This document shows positions 12,147-23,410 of a DNA stretch of 64,000 bases, piece after piece. The notes beneath the pieces are model-generated. The model made no database searches. It was given only the letters and a program-made list of their open reading frames with translations, and was not told where the DNA came from. How positions within the stretch are numbered: position 1 is the stretch's first letter; every line of letters begins with the position of its first letter. This stretch comes from Callorhinchus milii (Eukaryota), in NCBI RefSeq assembly GCF_018977255.1, contig NW_024704745.1:51398001-51462000 (forward strand). Direction: 5' to 3'. The position numbers and the translations under genes are program-made.

Positions 12147-13029
12147 TCTTGCAAAACAATCTTCCAGGGTAATCTGCTTTCACCACAATGACTGTAGAAC
12201 CTTCTGTGTGGAAAATGGTGGGAGGAGAGATTATCCCACAAAACCAGTCACCACACTTAATAATTACCGTAAAGTGATTTGAGGCACTTTAAAATTCCAG
12301 GTACTGTCTTCGGTATTATATGTTACTTGATAAGGTTAGTTAGTTAGTTAGTTAGTTAAGGGTCAGGGTAACTCTCCCCCCACCATACAATCCTGAAAAC
12401 ATTTGATTGTGGAAACTCAATCAATATATAAGATTTGATCTTTAGATGAGCTTATTTTGCTCTGAAATTTGCTCTTTTTTCCCCTTTTAACCATAATTAT
12501 TCCATAATAGCTTTTAGGTTTAGGGAAGAAGTGTTTAGATCAACTGAATTCAGATCCGTCTTATAAATCTGAAATAAGCCAATGTTATTCATTCCTCATT
12601 CAACCACTGTAAGAAGATACAAGTCTGGAGCTGGACTGGAACCAATTTACCCACAAAACTATTTTCTCTAACACACACAGTGTTGTGCATAAGAACATTC
12701 CAAAATAAAGTTCCCAGACAGGAACCCAGCAATAAAGCAGCAATCAGTTATTTCACTGAATTTGGCTTTCATTCTGAAGGCAAATTCATAAATTCAGACC
12801 TGTCAAGTCTCACTTCTTCTCACTGCAACACCCTGATCTGATATGCGTGTGTGTATGTGAGTGTCTAGTTGGGTGAGTCAAACCTGTTTCTGCATGTCTA
12901 ACTGTTCAAAATAAACACAGCTGTATTCATCGCAATGGATTTGTGATATGAATACGTCTCATTGTTTTTTTTCCATAAAATGTCACTGTTGGGATTGCTT
13001 TGACCTTGGAGAGTAATGGAAAATCTCAC

Positions 13030-13350
13030 ATCCAATGGTTTAATGGGTAAGCATTCCACCCAGTGTAGTGATCACTCAGCAAATCAAGAGGATCTCAGAT
13101 TTGGTCCCTGATCTAAGGCTGAGTTCATTGGTGATCTGATCGGGGCAGTGGACCAGTGGTGAAGTTCTACTATTGGTTCTAATGTTCCAGGATATGGAGT
13201 GTGGAAAAATATTAGTTAGAAGATATGACTATATGACTATCTGTTGAGAAAAGAAGATCTATACGTTAGTGTATGTATATTGATGGAAATTAATTAGGCT
13301 TTAATACCCTTATACAGTCAAATAGCCAGTAGTACTTAAATCTAGACCAA
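13030..13350 (+). mobile_element. Old SINE-like family C, highly diverged copy
   Basis: Colinear similarity to the copies at 29370, 41160 and 57260 (GGTCCCTGATCT...GCTGAGTT...CTACTATTGG). Confidence 0.5.
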
Positions 13351-14624
13351 GATCATATGGAACAAGAAAGTGCTGCTTCTGCAGACTGCACTGAAAGTAC
13401 CACATTGTGAACTTCACCCGACTTTATCTCCTGAAAGAAAATTCTGTATGGATTCTCGCTTCCTGATCCCCAATGGTAATCAAAATGACAGTCCAGAATA
13501 TACATCCATCCCCATTATTTGCCAAATTATGTGTGTACTCGAAACCTGCTACTACCCATGCATCATTTACTCAGCACGATTTGCCACATGTGGAATGGAG
13601 GTGAGGGGGCGGGGGAACGACACTGAGAAAACCCCCAGAAATATATTGAATGATCTTTAACTCCATGTATGATCTATTTGCATGATTTGAGTCTAATGTG
13701 CGTGGGAATGACATGATCATTCAGTGCTGGAGAAATAATTTATACCCAAGTTATATTGTTTAATATGATCTCAAAAGGCTTGACACACACTGAAATTTGG
13801 TTCATAATGTACTGAACAATCTCTCCGAACTGAAAAGGCTGTAACAAATAGCCATACTATACATGTTCTATAGTCAGTACACACTAACAAATCAGTTTGG
13901 TTTCTAAACCGACACCTCAGAATTCTTTGCACAATAAGTCTATTACACAGTTGCAAAATGTATTGAATTCTGGCATGACCTGCACATCTACTTATTACAC
14001 ATGAACACACTTCAACTGGCCTGAATTGAAAAATCTACCCCGGGACAACTAGGATGGAATTACAACCATTCCAGATTCTCTGTATCAGAACTGAATATAA
14101 CTCAGATACAACAACCCCTGGATATTAAAAAGAACTGTCACACTGCCTATGTGAATTCTTGGATACAACGGATTAAGAATTATGTTCAACTCATAAAATT
14201 AACATTCAGAACATTCTCCTAGTTTTGCCATAAATATCGAAGCACATGGACCATGCAAGCATTTCTTGCAATAGTACACTCTAGAAATGCTGCAGTGGCA
14301 ATTGAAACACAAGAACAATTCAGCAACGACATGTTAGGTTAATGATTCAGTGGTGGGGAGAGGGACAAAGATACTTAATGACGGCTGGTGGAATACTTGT
14401 TTTATATGATGAGTGATGACAATCTGCTGCATTTAGCTAAGAACTAGTTTAAGTAGGGACTCAACAATTCACCTCACTACTTCGGCATTGGAGAAAGCTG
14501 ATAGTTTAGCCAAGTTTGCTGTCAGTGGCCAATTATTTCTTCCAATATCTACAAATAAATATTTTAATAAAATATTGTATTATATTTATTACTGATAAGT
14601 ACACAAACAAATGTTGAGCTCTCC

Positions 14625-15060
14625 ATTTAGGGTTCTTCCTTCTTGATCCCTGCTGCAAAGTGTGTGTTGGATGGAAACATGTGGTGTGCAAAATAGACTT
14701 GAAAGGGAATGACCTTGACTCTGATGCTCTCTTTTCACTGTTAAATTCATTGTCTTGGCGTGCACATGAAGAAAGGCCACTTGGACAAAATAGCAATGAT
14801 TGCTGGAGGAAAACATTGAGCCCATTAGTGAGCATTGGCAGGTTATTCACCTGTAGGGGGAGGGGGATGTTACATGTCAAGCCTGATCCTGTGTTAATGT
14901 AATGTCAACTCACTCGCACTGCAGCAGAGATCAGTACATAGTAATCAAGAGTAGAAACCCAGGGTGAATTTGCCTTTCCATAACCCAGGGGTGCTGAGTC
15001 CAATTGTAGTATTGGTTATAGTATCCTGACTGAGATAAGATGACTGAACCTTTGTTACTC
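14625..15060. mobile_element. Two family C fragments in tail-to-tail orientation (+ 14625-14790, - 14820-15060)
   Basis: CACATGAAGAAAGGCCACTTGG on the plus strand; AAGCCTGATCCTGT...AAACCCAGGGTGAATTT...CCAATTGTAG is the reverse orientation. Confidence 0.6.
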
Positions 15061-15349
15061 TCCAAGCCACTATGGCAGCTTTTTTTTTTACTCTATTTTA
15101 ATTCAGATGAATTTCAAAGTGCATATTGATCATTCATCATAAGTGCCATGATTATAATTCAGGGTCAATGGGAAATTAAAGGCTAACATTAAAATGTAAA
15201 TTACATGCAGAAAATGTTGTAATCTCCGATCTCTGAATGAATGTCTCCTCTGCGTATGGGTTTAAATTGTGAAGTCAATTTTAAAATCCAAGCTTCAAGT
15301 CACCTAACTACTGTTTTTTGACTTCTTATTTTTGCTCCTCATCTTTTGA

Positions 15350-15690
15350 AACCCAGTGCAAGTTAGTCAAATTTTCAGATGACACTAATTTGAGGGTAAC
15401 TGTAGAATCAAAGGGGCAACAAACATCTTACAAAGAGAGCTTGATAGGATATGCACATGGGCTGATGATTGGCAAATGAAGTTCAATACAAATAAATGCA
15501 AGCTACTGCATTTAGTAAGTATTTGCTACATTAGTTAATAATAGCCCTTGCATTTGATATAGTGCCTTATCACATCTTCAAGACATCTCAAAGCGCTTCA
15601 CAGAACAGTTGAGTTCAGATCCCCATACTCAAAACTGTTCAGTCCTCTGTTCAGGCCAAACCTAGGGCACGGCATGTTTTTCTGGTTTTC
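15350..15690 (+). mobile_element. CR1 LINE reverse transcriptase fragment, decayed and interrupted by a SINE tail (15535-15605, minus)
   Basis: Translates KFSDDTNL...LQRELDRICTWADDWQMKFNTNKCKLLH, the typical CR1 RT block. Confidence 0.8.
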
Positions 15691-18647
15691 TGATCTGATC
15701 ATATGGCAGACCTACGATATTATACATACTGAATTAAGAAGCAAGCAGCAGTTAGACAACTGAACTTTGTTCAAAATAATAAGCCTCGATGATAAATAGC
15801 AGAAGTGTGTTAACTGATTTTCTCTCGGTTTGGTACTTACCACTTGAGTGTAGAAAGTGGAAACAGCCAGCACAAACATTCTGATCCTATTTGAAAACTT
15901 GTACTGTGGTCTCTAAGGCACTGTCTGAATTGTGTCTGTATTCAGTGACTTTGCAGTTGGTTCTGAAACTGTTGTAGAGCAGTCCATTCCTTTTACAGAA
16001 TCTAATCTGTTCAAGCACCACCAACTTCCGTACTGAGGAACAAGATACCTTCCTATTGATGCATTTTGTTTTCGAGAATATATTCTCCAAAACTCAATAC
16101 CTTAAGGTGCATAGACCCTCTCGGACAACCACTGGAGCATTGAGAAAGAGGCATAGTTCACCCCTCAATTAAAAGGATATGTGGAAAAGTGCTTAAGGAA
16201 TCACTTTGCTTGTAGTCAAGTTGAACTGAGCACATGATGACCCCGGCTTGAAAGATTACTAAGAATTGTCAGTCAGCCTCATGCTTGGAGTCACCGGGAT
16301 TTTGTTGTATGAATAAAAGCACTTTTTGACATCCAGAAAGCATTTCTCTGGCAATGTAACAATCCCTTGTTGAGTTCTAACAGGGCTTCTCTGTATTCCA
16401 AGTTGCTTTATGGTTTAAAATATAGTTTCTAAATGTACTATGAAAGGCAAGAGTAGAATATTTATAAGATTGGGCCTATCTAATATCTTAGGGGGTAAAT
16501 GCGCAGTGTGTCATGATACTGATGTCAGACGAGAAGGGGACAAAATAAAGGGAAAATTCAGGCAATGTCTGTGCTTATAGTCTTAATTCTGGGGTCCGTG
16601 AATTTACACACTTCCTGAAACTGTACTGAAAACATCTGATTAAGATGGTTTATTTGGGATGCCATATATTATTATTGCTTGCAATCTTCAAAGATTGGAT
16701 GTTAGTACTTTCTAAAACCTCACATGTATTCGTTTTCACGGTATAGTCCCCTCAGCTGAATTCTTTTCAGACCAGATTAATCTGCTTTTTTNGAAGAAGT
16801 GAATCAAGGCAATAATATTGTTATGAAAAATCAGGGACTCAAGACAGCACCAAGGAACTAATGCTAGCTCTATCACAGGAATTGATGGCATCAACTGCTC
16901 CCACCCAAACTTCCAGTGGTAGCATCCTTTGCTTATAGTTATCCTGTGAATGCAGGAATAGTAGAATCCATTATAACATTCAGCAACAGAACGCTTTTGA
17001 TACACGACCTTCAGCAAATGAAAATTTTGCCTCTATGGATAATACTTAACATCGCTCCCTTTGCAAAAAAAGGTTTGCTGACACAGAATCTGTCTTATAG
17101 GTACAGGAGCAACGTCTTTGAAAAAGTTAAATTCTTCATTTTTAAGCAAATTGGTGTCCCTCTTTACTCCATAAAATGAGAATTCATTATAAAGAGTCAC
17201 TTGAAAGAATCAATCCATGGGATTAACTAACACCATTTTTTCCATCTTCACAGGCATTTGCTTGACACTTCTATGTATGGTTTTAAAGAAGTCCTCTACC
17301 CCTTGCCAAAAATACCCAGCCAAATAAAATATGGATCATGTCTATCACACCTTATTCAAGGTAGTGCCCATATTCAAATGTTTATTTCACAAATGTTGGA
17401 AGTTCTTTCCAGAGACAACTGAACACAGACGCCTGTGTCGACAGCTGCTTTTGAAAAATGTTTAAATACTTCAAAGAAAATAAAAGAAAAATGATTGTAC
17501 ATTAGTGCGTTTGAACCTTTGCGGAAATAGCACGCTACTGCTACCCATGTTTGCTGAACTGAGAAACAGAACTGAATAGAAGCAATGCCGACTGGGTTTG
17601 CATACAGCACAGGAGGAAGCCACATGTGTCACAAGAATGGCCCAGGTACATTCCACTGAAAAGTTTTAAAGCGGAAAGTGCATGACTTATTCTATTTGCT
17701 GAATTGAGAGCTGAGTCCATGGTATTTGAATAAGTCAAAGTAAAGGATAATTTATTTATTCAGATTCAGCCCACCATGTAAACAGTGCACCTCAGCATGA
17801 ATCAGACTGAATTCAATAGAAATGCACCACATTTTGCCGAAGATCTAATTTTGATTCAAAGATGTATATTAATTATACTCAGCTCAAATAAATTGAGAGT
17901 CCCCGCTGAAATTGATACACTATGGTAATAATACTTAAGGGTAGTGCTTGCATTAGGGAAACAAATAATAAATAAAAAATTGTAAAATGGATTCCACTTA
18001 CAATTTTATGTCTTTGACACGTAAATAAAGAAGACAACGGGTGTGAACAATCAGTGGCAACAAACTTCTGTATCCAGACTAGATACACCGTTTTCACGTA
18101 CGTTTCACTCGCCTTTAAGGTTGGTATTACTTTCAGTTCCTGCCACTGGCTAGAAAACTAACTACATACCTCACAAACTTTAAGTAATTTTAAATTCAAT
18201 TTTCTACATTGTTGTATAAATATTGAGATACCGAAAAACTTATATCTGCATGATTGAGTCATGTAACGTTAATATTTTATAAACACCTATTGACTTTATT
18301 CAATCAAAACTATACATAGAATTAAATCCAACACTCTTCATAATATGCATATAGAGGCCATTTCTTAGAGCAGCTAACTCAATACAGTGTTTTCCCTGGC
18401 AATGATTATCCTGTCTTAAAAAATATTTTCCATTAAAAATCAACATACAGCCAACAAATTCAATACAATCCAAGATCTGATCAGGTTCCATATTTACAGA
18501 AATAATTTAACACAGTTGACAAATCTGGTTTACATCTTCCTGAATAGAAACCAGGTCTACAATGTTTGGTGTTTAAAAGGTGGAATATAGCAAACAAAGT
18601 TAGCTAACATTTCTCAGATTTACTATGTAGGGTTCTACCACTATAAT

Positions 18648-19305
18648 CAACAATAACATGCATTTAAATAGCGCTCTTCACTCCGGGTAGCATCTCGGAG
18701 CACTTGACAGTATGACACCGAGCCGGGGGAGAGGGAGGTGACCGTAAGCATGATCAAAAAGGAACATCTTTAGGTGGGATTTGAAAGTGGGCAGGGAGGG
18801 GGAAAAAGGTGGAGGGATTGAGTGAGAGAGTTCTAGCATTTTGGGATGTAGTGGCTGAAGGCATGGTCACCAATGATGGAATGGAGGGGACGAGCGACAA
18901 ACAGGAGGCCAGAGTCAGACAAGTAGAGGAAGTGGGCCTGGAGTGGGGGTTAAGTAGATCGGGTAGGTAGGGAGATGCCAGGGTGTGAAGGGATTTGAAA
19001 ACGAGTGAGAGGATCTTGAAATCGATACGTTCGGTAATTAGGAGCCAGTGGATCTTGGCAGGGACTGGTGTGATAGGTGTATGGATTTTGGTGCGGATGA
19101 GTATCCTGGCGGCCTAGTTTTTAATTAATTGGATTTTGTGTATGGTGGAGCTGGGGAGACCAGTGAGGAGGGCATTGGAATAGTTCAGGCAGGAATTGAC
19201 AAAGGCATGGACGAGGATTTGGGCTGCATTGGTTGTGAGGTATGGATGGAGGCGAGCAATGTGATGGAGGTGGAAAAAAGCGGTCCTGGTCAGGGAAGAT
19301 CAAAC
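18648..19305 (-). mobile_element. L2 LINE 3' fragment
   Basis: Minus strand has decayed L2 ORF2 C-terminal motifs (LVHAFV..LNYSNALL.GLP, ITPVPA..HWL...RIDFKIL) and the GTGAAGAGCGCTATTTAAATGCA tail. Confidence 0.88.
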
Positions 19306-20259
19306 CCACAATGAAAATTCATCGATGCTAAAGGGGAAAAGGGTAATTCAATAAGATATTAAATGTGTATACTTTGGTTTTGAAATAACTGAAAATGGTC
19401 TCCAAAATGTACACACATTCTGTATTCACAAGTTTCAAACAGTACATAATCTAGTGTGAAATTTTCGTTAAATGGTTAGCCACAAAAATCTGCATTAGTG
19501 GCTTTATGAATACTGGCCAAGGGTGTAATGTAGCATGTTCTGCTGATGTTGTAAATAGATGATGCACAGCAGGTTATTAAACCACAAGTGAGAAAAATAC
19601 TAATAACCTAAATCTCCCTTGTGGGTTATCAAGGTCTCACTCAAGAGTGGGATAAAATCTCTATCCCACTAATGTCTACTTTGTTTTCACAATGAATAGT
19701 TGAAGCCTGGTATGAAGATACAAACTGGAATACTGCTGAAAGGGTTATGATGTGCTTGTACTCAGAAACTCACCAAACTCTTCTGCCCATTCATTTCAAA
19801 TCACAAATTTAAAGCAAGAATTCAATGCGTTTAAGTTAAGAATTCAACCATGCTAATTTTCTTCTTTTTTTGCCAATACTGACTTTCTAGGCAATAAAAC
19901 AAATCCTAAAGGGCTTGAATTTTTGAACAAATTAGGGTTTTGGGAAGCAACGTTTCAGCAATATCAATTATTATCCCAACTTTATTAGCTGGAAACATGA
20001 ATGTGACTTGAAATATCAAAATGGTCAATATGTGTTTGCAATGACAAAAGCTGTTAAAGCTTTCCATAAGACTTAATGAACCTGTAAATAACCAGGTAAA
20101 GGCCACTATTGTAATAGCTTTTAGTATCAATTGCTGAAAAACGGGAACAAAAAATATTGCAGAACGCAGGTGGTACCAACTTGATCTCAGTAATGGTTGG
20201 GAATAAACATCTAATCAGAATGGTAGCTTTATGATGGTCTCTCTGGGTTCCTGCCCTAC

Positions 20260-21030
20260 CAAAAACGCATTTATACAGTGCCCTTCAAGCGGGGTAGCGC
20301 TTAACAGTGTCGTAGCATGAGGCCAAGATCCGGGAGGGAGCAGGTGAACATAAGCACAGTTGAAGAGAAAGGTCTTCGGTCCTGATCTAAAAGAGGGGAA
20401 TAAGGGGGGCTAGCAGAGGGATTGAGAGAGAGAAAGTTCCAAAGCTTCAAGGTGTAGTGGCTGAAAGCACGACCACCGATGGAGGGGAGGGAAAGAGAGC
20501 TGAGCAAGAACCTAGAGCCAGGGAGCAGTGGAGTGGGGAGAAAGCAGGTCAGAAAGATAGGGAGGTGCCAGGGCATGAAGGGATTTTTGGACAAATGCGA
20601 GGATCTTGAAATTGATCAGTTCTGTGATAGGGAGCCAGTTGAGCCTGATAAGGTCTAGTAATGGGATTACAGAGTTTAGTGTGGGTGAGTATTCAAGCGC
20701 TGGAATTCTTGTTGTAGTCCGTGAGCAGTGAAGCTTGGGAGACTGGCAAGAAAGACATTGGAATTGTCGAGGCGGGAGGTGATGAAGGTGTGGACGAAGT
20801 TTTCGGCTGCATTTGGTGTGATGTATGGTCAGAGGCGGGCAATGCGACGGGGGGCGGGAAGGAAAGCGGTCTTGCTTAAGGAATGAATGTGGGGGAGGAA
20901 GAACACCTGGAGATTGAACGTGATGCCTGGTTTACTTATAGGTTCAGCAAGTCTTAGGGAAACTCCGTGGAGGTTGAGGAGGTCAGACTCGCTAGAGAAA
21001 AGATGTTGATGAGAGCCAAATTTAATAGCA
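20260..21030 (-). mobile_element. L2 LINE 3' fragment
   Basis: Colinear with 18648-19305; FVHTFITSRLDNSN and IGGRAFSHYTLKLWN motifs. Confidence 0.88.
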
Positions 21031-21678
21031 TATTTTCATGTAGGGTAAAGCTTAAGATACCAAATAGTTTGTTCATTAAAGCATTACCACCAACAGAGAA
21101 TAAAGATGGCTCTACACTGCTGTCTTGCATATTTTATTGATTTAAAGCTGTTTACCTTTAGTTCTGCAATATATTTTTAAGCACAATAATTCTTTGGTTA
21201 CCCAAAATAAATCTGTAAAAAAATTACTCTGAAGTATTTGCTTTTTGTGACTTAAAGTAAAAAAAGCATAAAATCACTATAGAGATTTCATGCGTGTATG
21301 TGAATGAAAAAAAGCACCACAAGTATGCTTCGGCAATTCAGCACTCCTGCACTGAATGGAACAGAATGATGCCATTTTCAACAGCAGCATAATGGCAGCC
21401 AGTACCACAAGAGTGAGGTGGCCACAAGAAATACCACATTCTTCAAGTTGACAGCATGCAAAGTAGTGCTTTGAAGTTCAAAGGATATTCAAGTATCCAG
21501 TCTTACCACCTAAGGCACAATGTATTTACTGGCCTAACCCTAACCCTAGGTACAAGAGGCGTCAGACTCATGGCAGTAAAATACTGATTGAGCCATTGCT
21601 CTATGTAAGAGTGAACTAGGTTTGAAAAGTCTAACCTGTGATGATTTATTTGATCTTAGCCAGTGTGGCAACAAAGGT

Positions 21679-22595
21679 GTTAATGATTTGGACTCGGGGA
21701 TCAAAAGTACAATTTGAAAATTTGCAGACGACACTAAATTGGGGGGTGTAGTTAATACTGAGGAGGACTGCAACAAATTACAAGACAAATGCAATTTCAA
21801 TATATATAAGCGTGAGGTGGTACATTTTGGTAGGAGGAATAAGGAGGTCACATACTGCCTGGAAAATAAGAAACTAAATGGAGTAGAGGAGCAATGGGAT
21901 CTAGGGGTACAGATACACAAATCACTAAAAGTAGTGATGCTGGTTAATAAAGCCAAATAAAAGCAAACCAAGTTTATTTATTTCTAGAGGGATAGAAACG
22001 AAAAGCAGCAAAGTTATGCTAAACTTATATTGAACCTTGGTTAGACCACACTTGGGAGTACTGTATACAGTTCTGGTCCCCATATTTACAGAAAGGATAT
22101 AGAGGCACTGGAGAAGATGCAAAGGAGATTTACAAGGATGATACCGGAACTCCGAGGTTGTACCTATCAAGAAAAGCTGAACAAGCTTGGACTCTTCTCT
22201 TGAAAAGAGAAGGGTGAGGGGTACCTAACAGAGGTCTTTAAAATTCTGAAAGGGTTTGATAGAGTAGACATAGAGAAGATGTTTCCACTTGTGGGGAGAT
22301 CAAAACCAGGAGCCATAAATATAAAATAGTTACCAATAAATCAAATAGAGGAGTCAGAAGAAACTTCTTTACCCAGAGAGTGGTGGGAATGTGGAACTTG
22401 CTACCACAAGGAGTAGTTGTGGTGAATAGCATTTGCATTTAAGGGGTGCTAGATAAATACATGAGGAAGAAAGGAATAGAAGGTTATGATGATAGGCTTA
22501 GTTAAGGAAGAGCAGGAGGAGGCTCATGTGGAGCATAGACCTGTTGGGCCGAATGGCCTGTTTCTGTGCTGTACATTCTATGTAATTTTATGTAA
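21679..22595 (+). mobile_element. CR1 LINE 3' fragment (RT C-terminus plus 3' UTR)
   Basis: KFADDTKLGGVVNTEEDCNKLQ, VVHFGRRN, DLGVQIHKSLK, LVRPHL, FFTQRVVGMWNLLP; 3' end GGGCCGAATGGCCTGTTTCTGTGCTGTA plus a short repeat tail; contains stops, frameshifts and an internal deletion. Confidence 0.95.
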
Positions 22596-22840
22596 CGGAG
22601 CTCAGTGGGCCTGGGCTATGGAGTGGGAGAGGAGGCATAAACCAGGGTTCCTGCTTCTCAATCACAATACAGTAGCTACTGCTGGAAGGTTTGCACCTGT
22701 GAATGTCTGACGAAGACTGGATTGGACGTGGCAGGTTTACCAACATTCATTATCTAAGCTCACACCTCTTCAGCAAAGGACTAGAGGGCATCTGGCATCC
22801 GTGAAGCTTCATCCTGGCAGGAGCAACTCAAAAGGAACAG
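22596..22840 (+). mobile_element. Family C SINE-like fragment abutting the CR1 tail
   Basis: CCAGGGTTCCTGCTTCTCAATC...GCTGGAAGG...TATCTAAGCTCACAC, shared with other family C copies. Confidence 0.6.
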
Positions 22841-23049
22841 AAAAGAGCAATGTGTATTCTGTGAAATCATAACAGGGAGGACAGTTCAGCTATTATACTG
22901 GGCCTAACACCAATATCATATGTAGACTTCCCTACTGGAGTACAGAGGTGCTCACTTTAAGCAATGTAGTTTAGTGATAAATCAATTGGCATAAAATTAT
23001 CCTGGTGTCATACACCAGTTATGTAGCTTTCGTGCAAAATATTCACTCA

Positions 23050-23410
23050 AGAAAGAATTTGCATTTTCCAGGGTCTTATCACAATGAATGTGGCAACCAT
23101 TTTACACACAGCAAGTATTCCACAAACAGCCATAAAGCAAATGATCAATTTATCTGCGGAATTATTTGCTCGGAGACTGGAAGAAATTCCTGTTTCAAAT
23201 CGCATCATGGTATTTTTTACATTTACGTAAAGATTGGCAAATGGGTTCTTAGTTTTAACATCTAATTCAAAAGATGGCACCTAAACAATGCAATGCTCCC
23301 CCAGCAATGTAATGGAGGGTCACATTAAACAATGAACCTCAAGTCCCTAAGTAGGGGTTCTCCAGAACGTTGTGACCCAGAAGCAACAGTACCACCAGCT
23401 GAGAGAAGAT
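23050..23410 (-). mobile_element. Deu-domain SINE, diverged
   Basis: CATCATGGTATTTTTTACAT...TTTAACATCTAATTCAAAAGATGGCACCT...AATGCAATGCTCCC. Confidence 0.7.

Noticed and set aside
15841-16050. Strong minus-strand donor GTG|GTAAGT with an upstream open stretch
   Set aside because: The frames checked contain stops and the acceptor is weak; such donors are common by chance.
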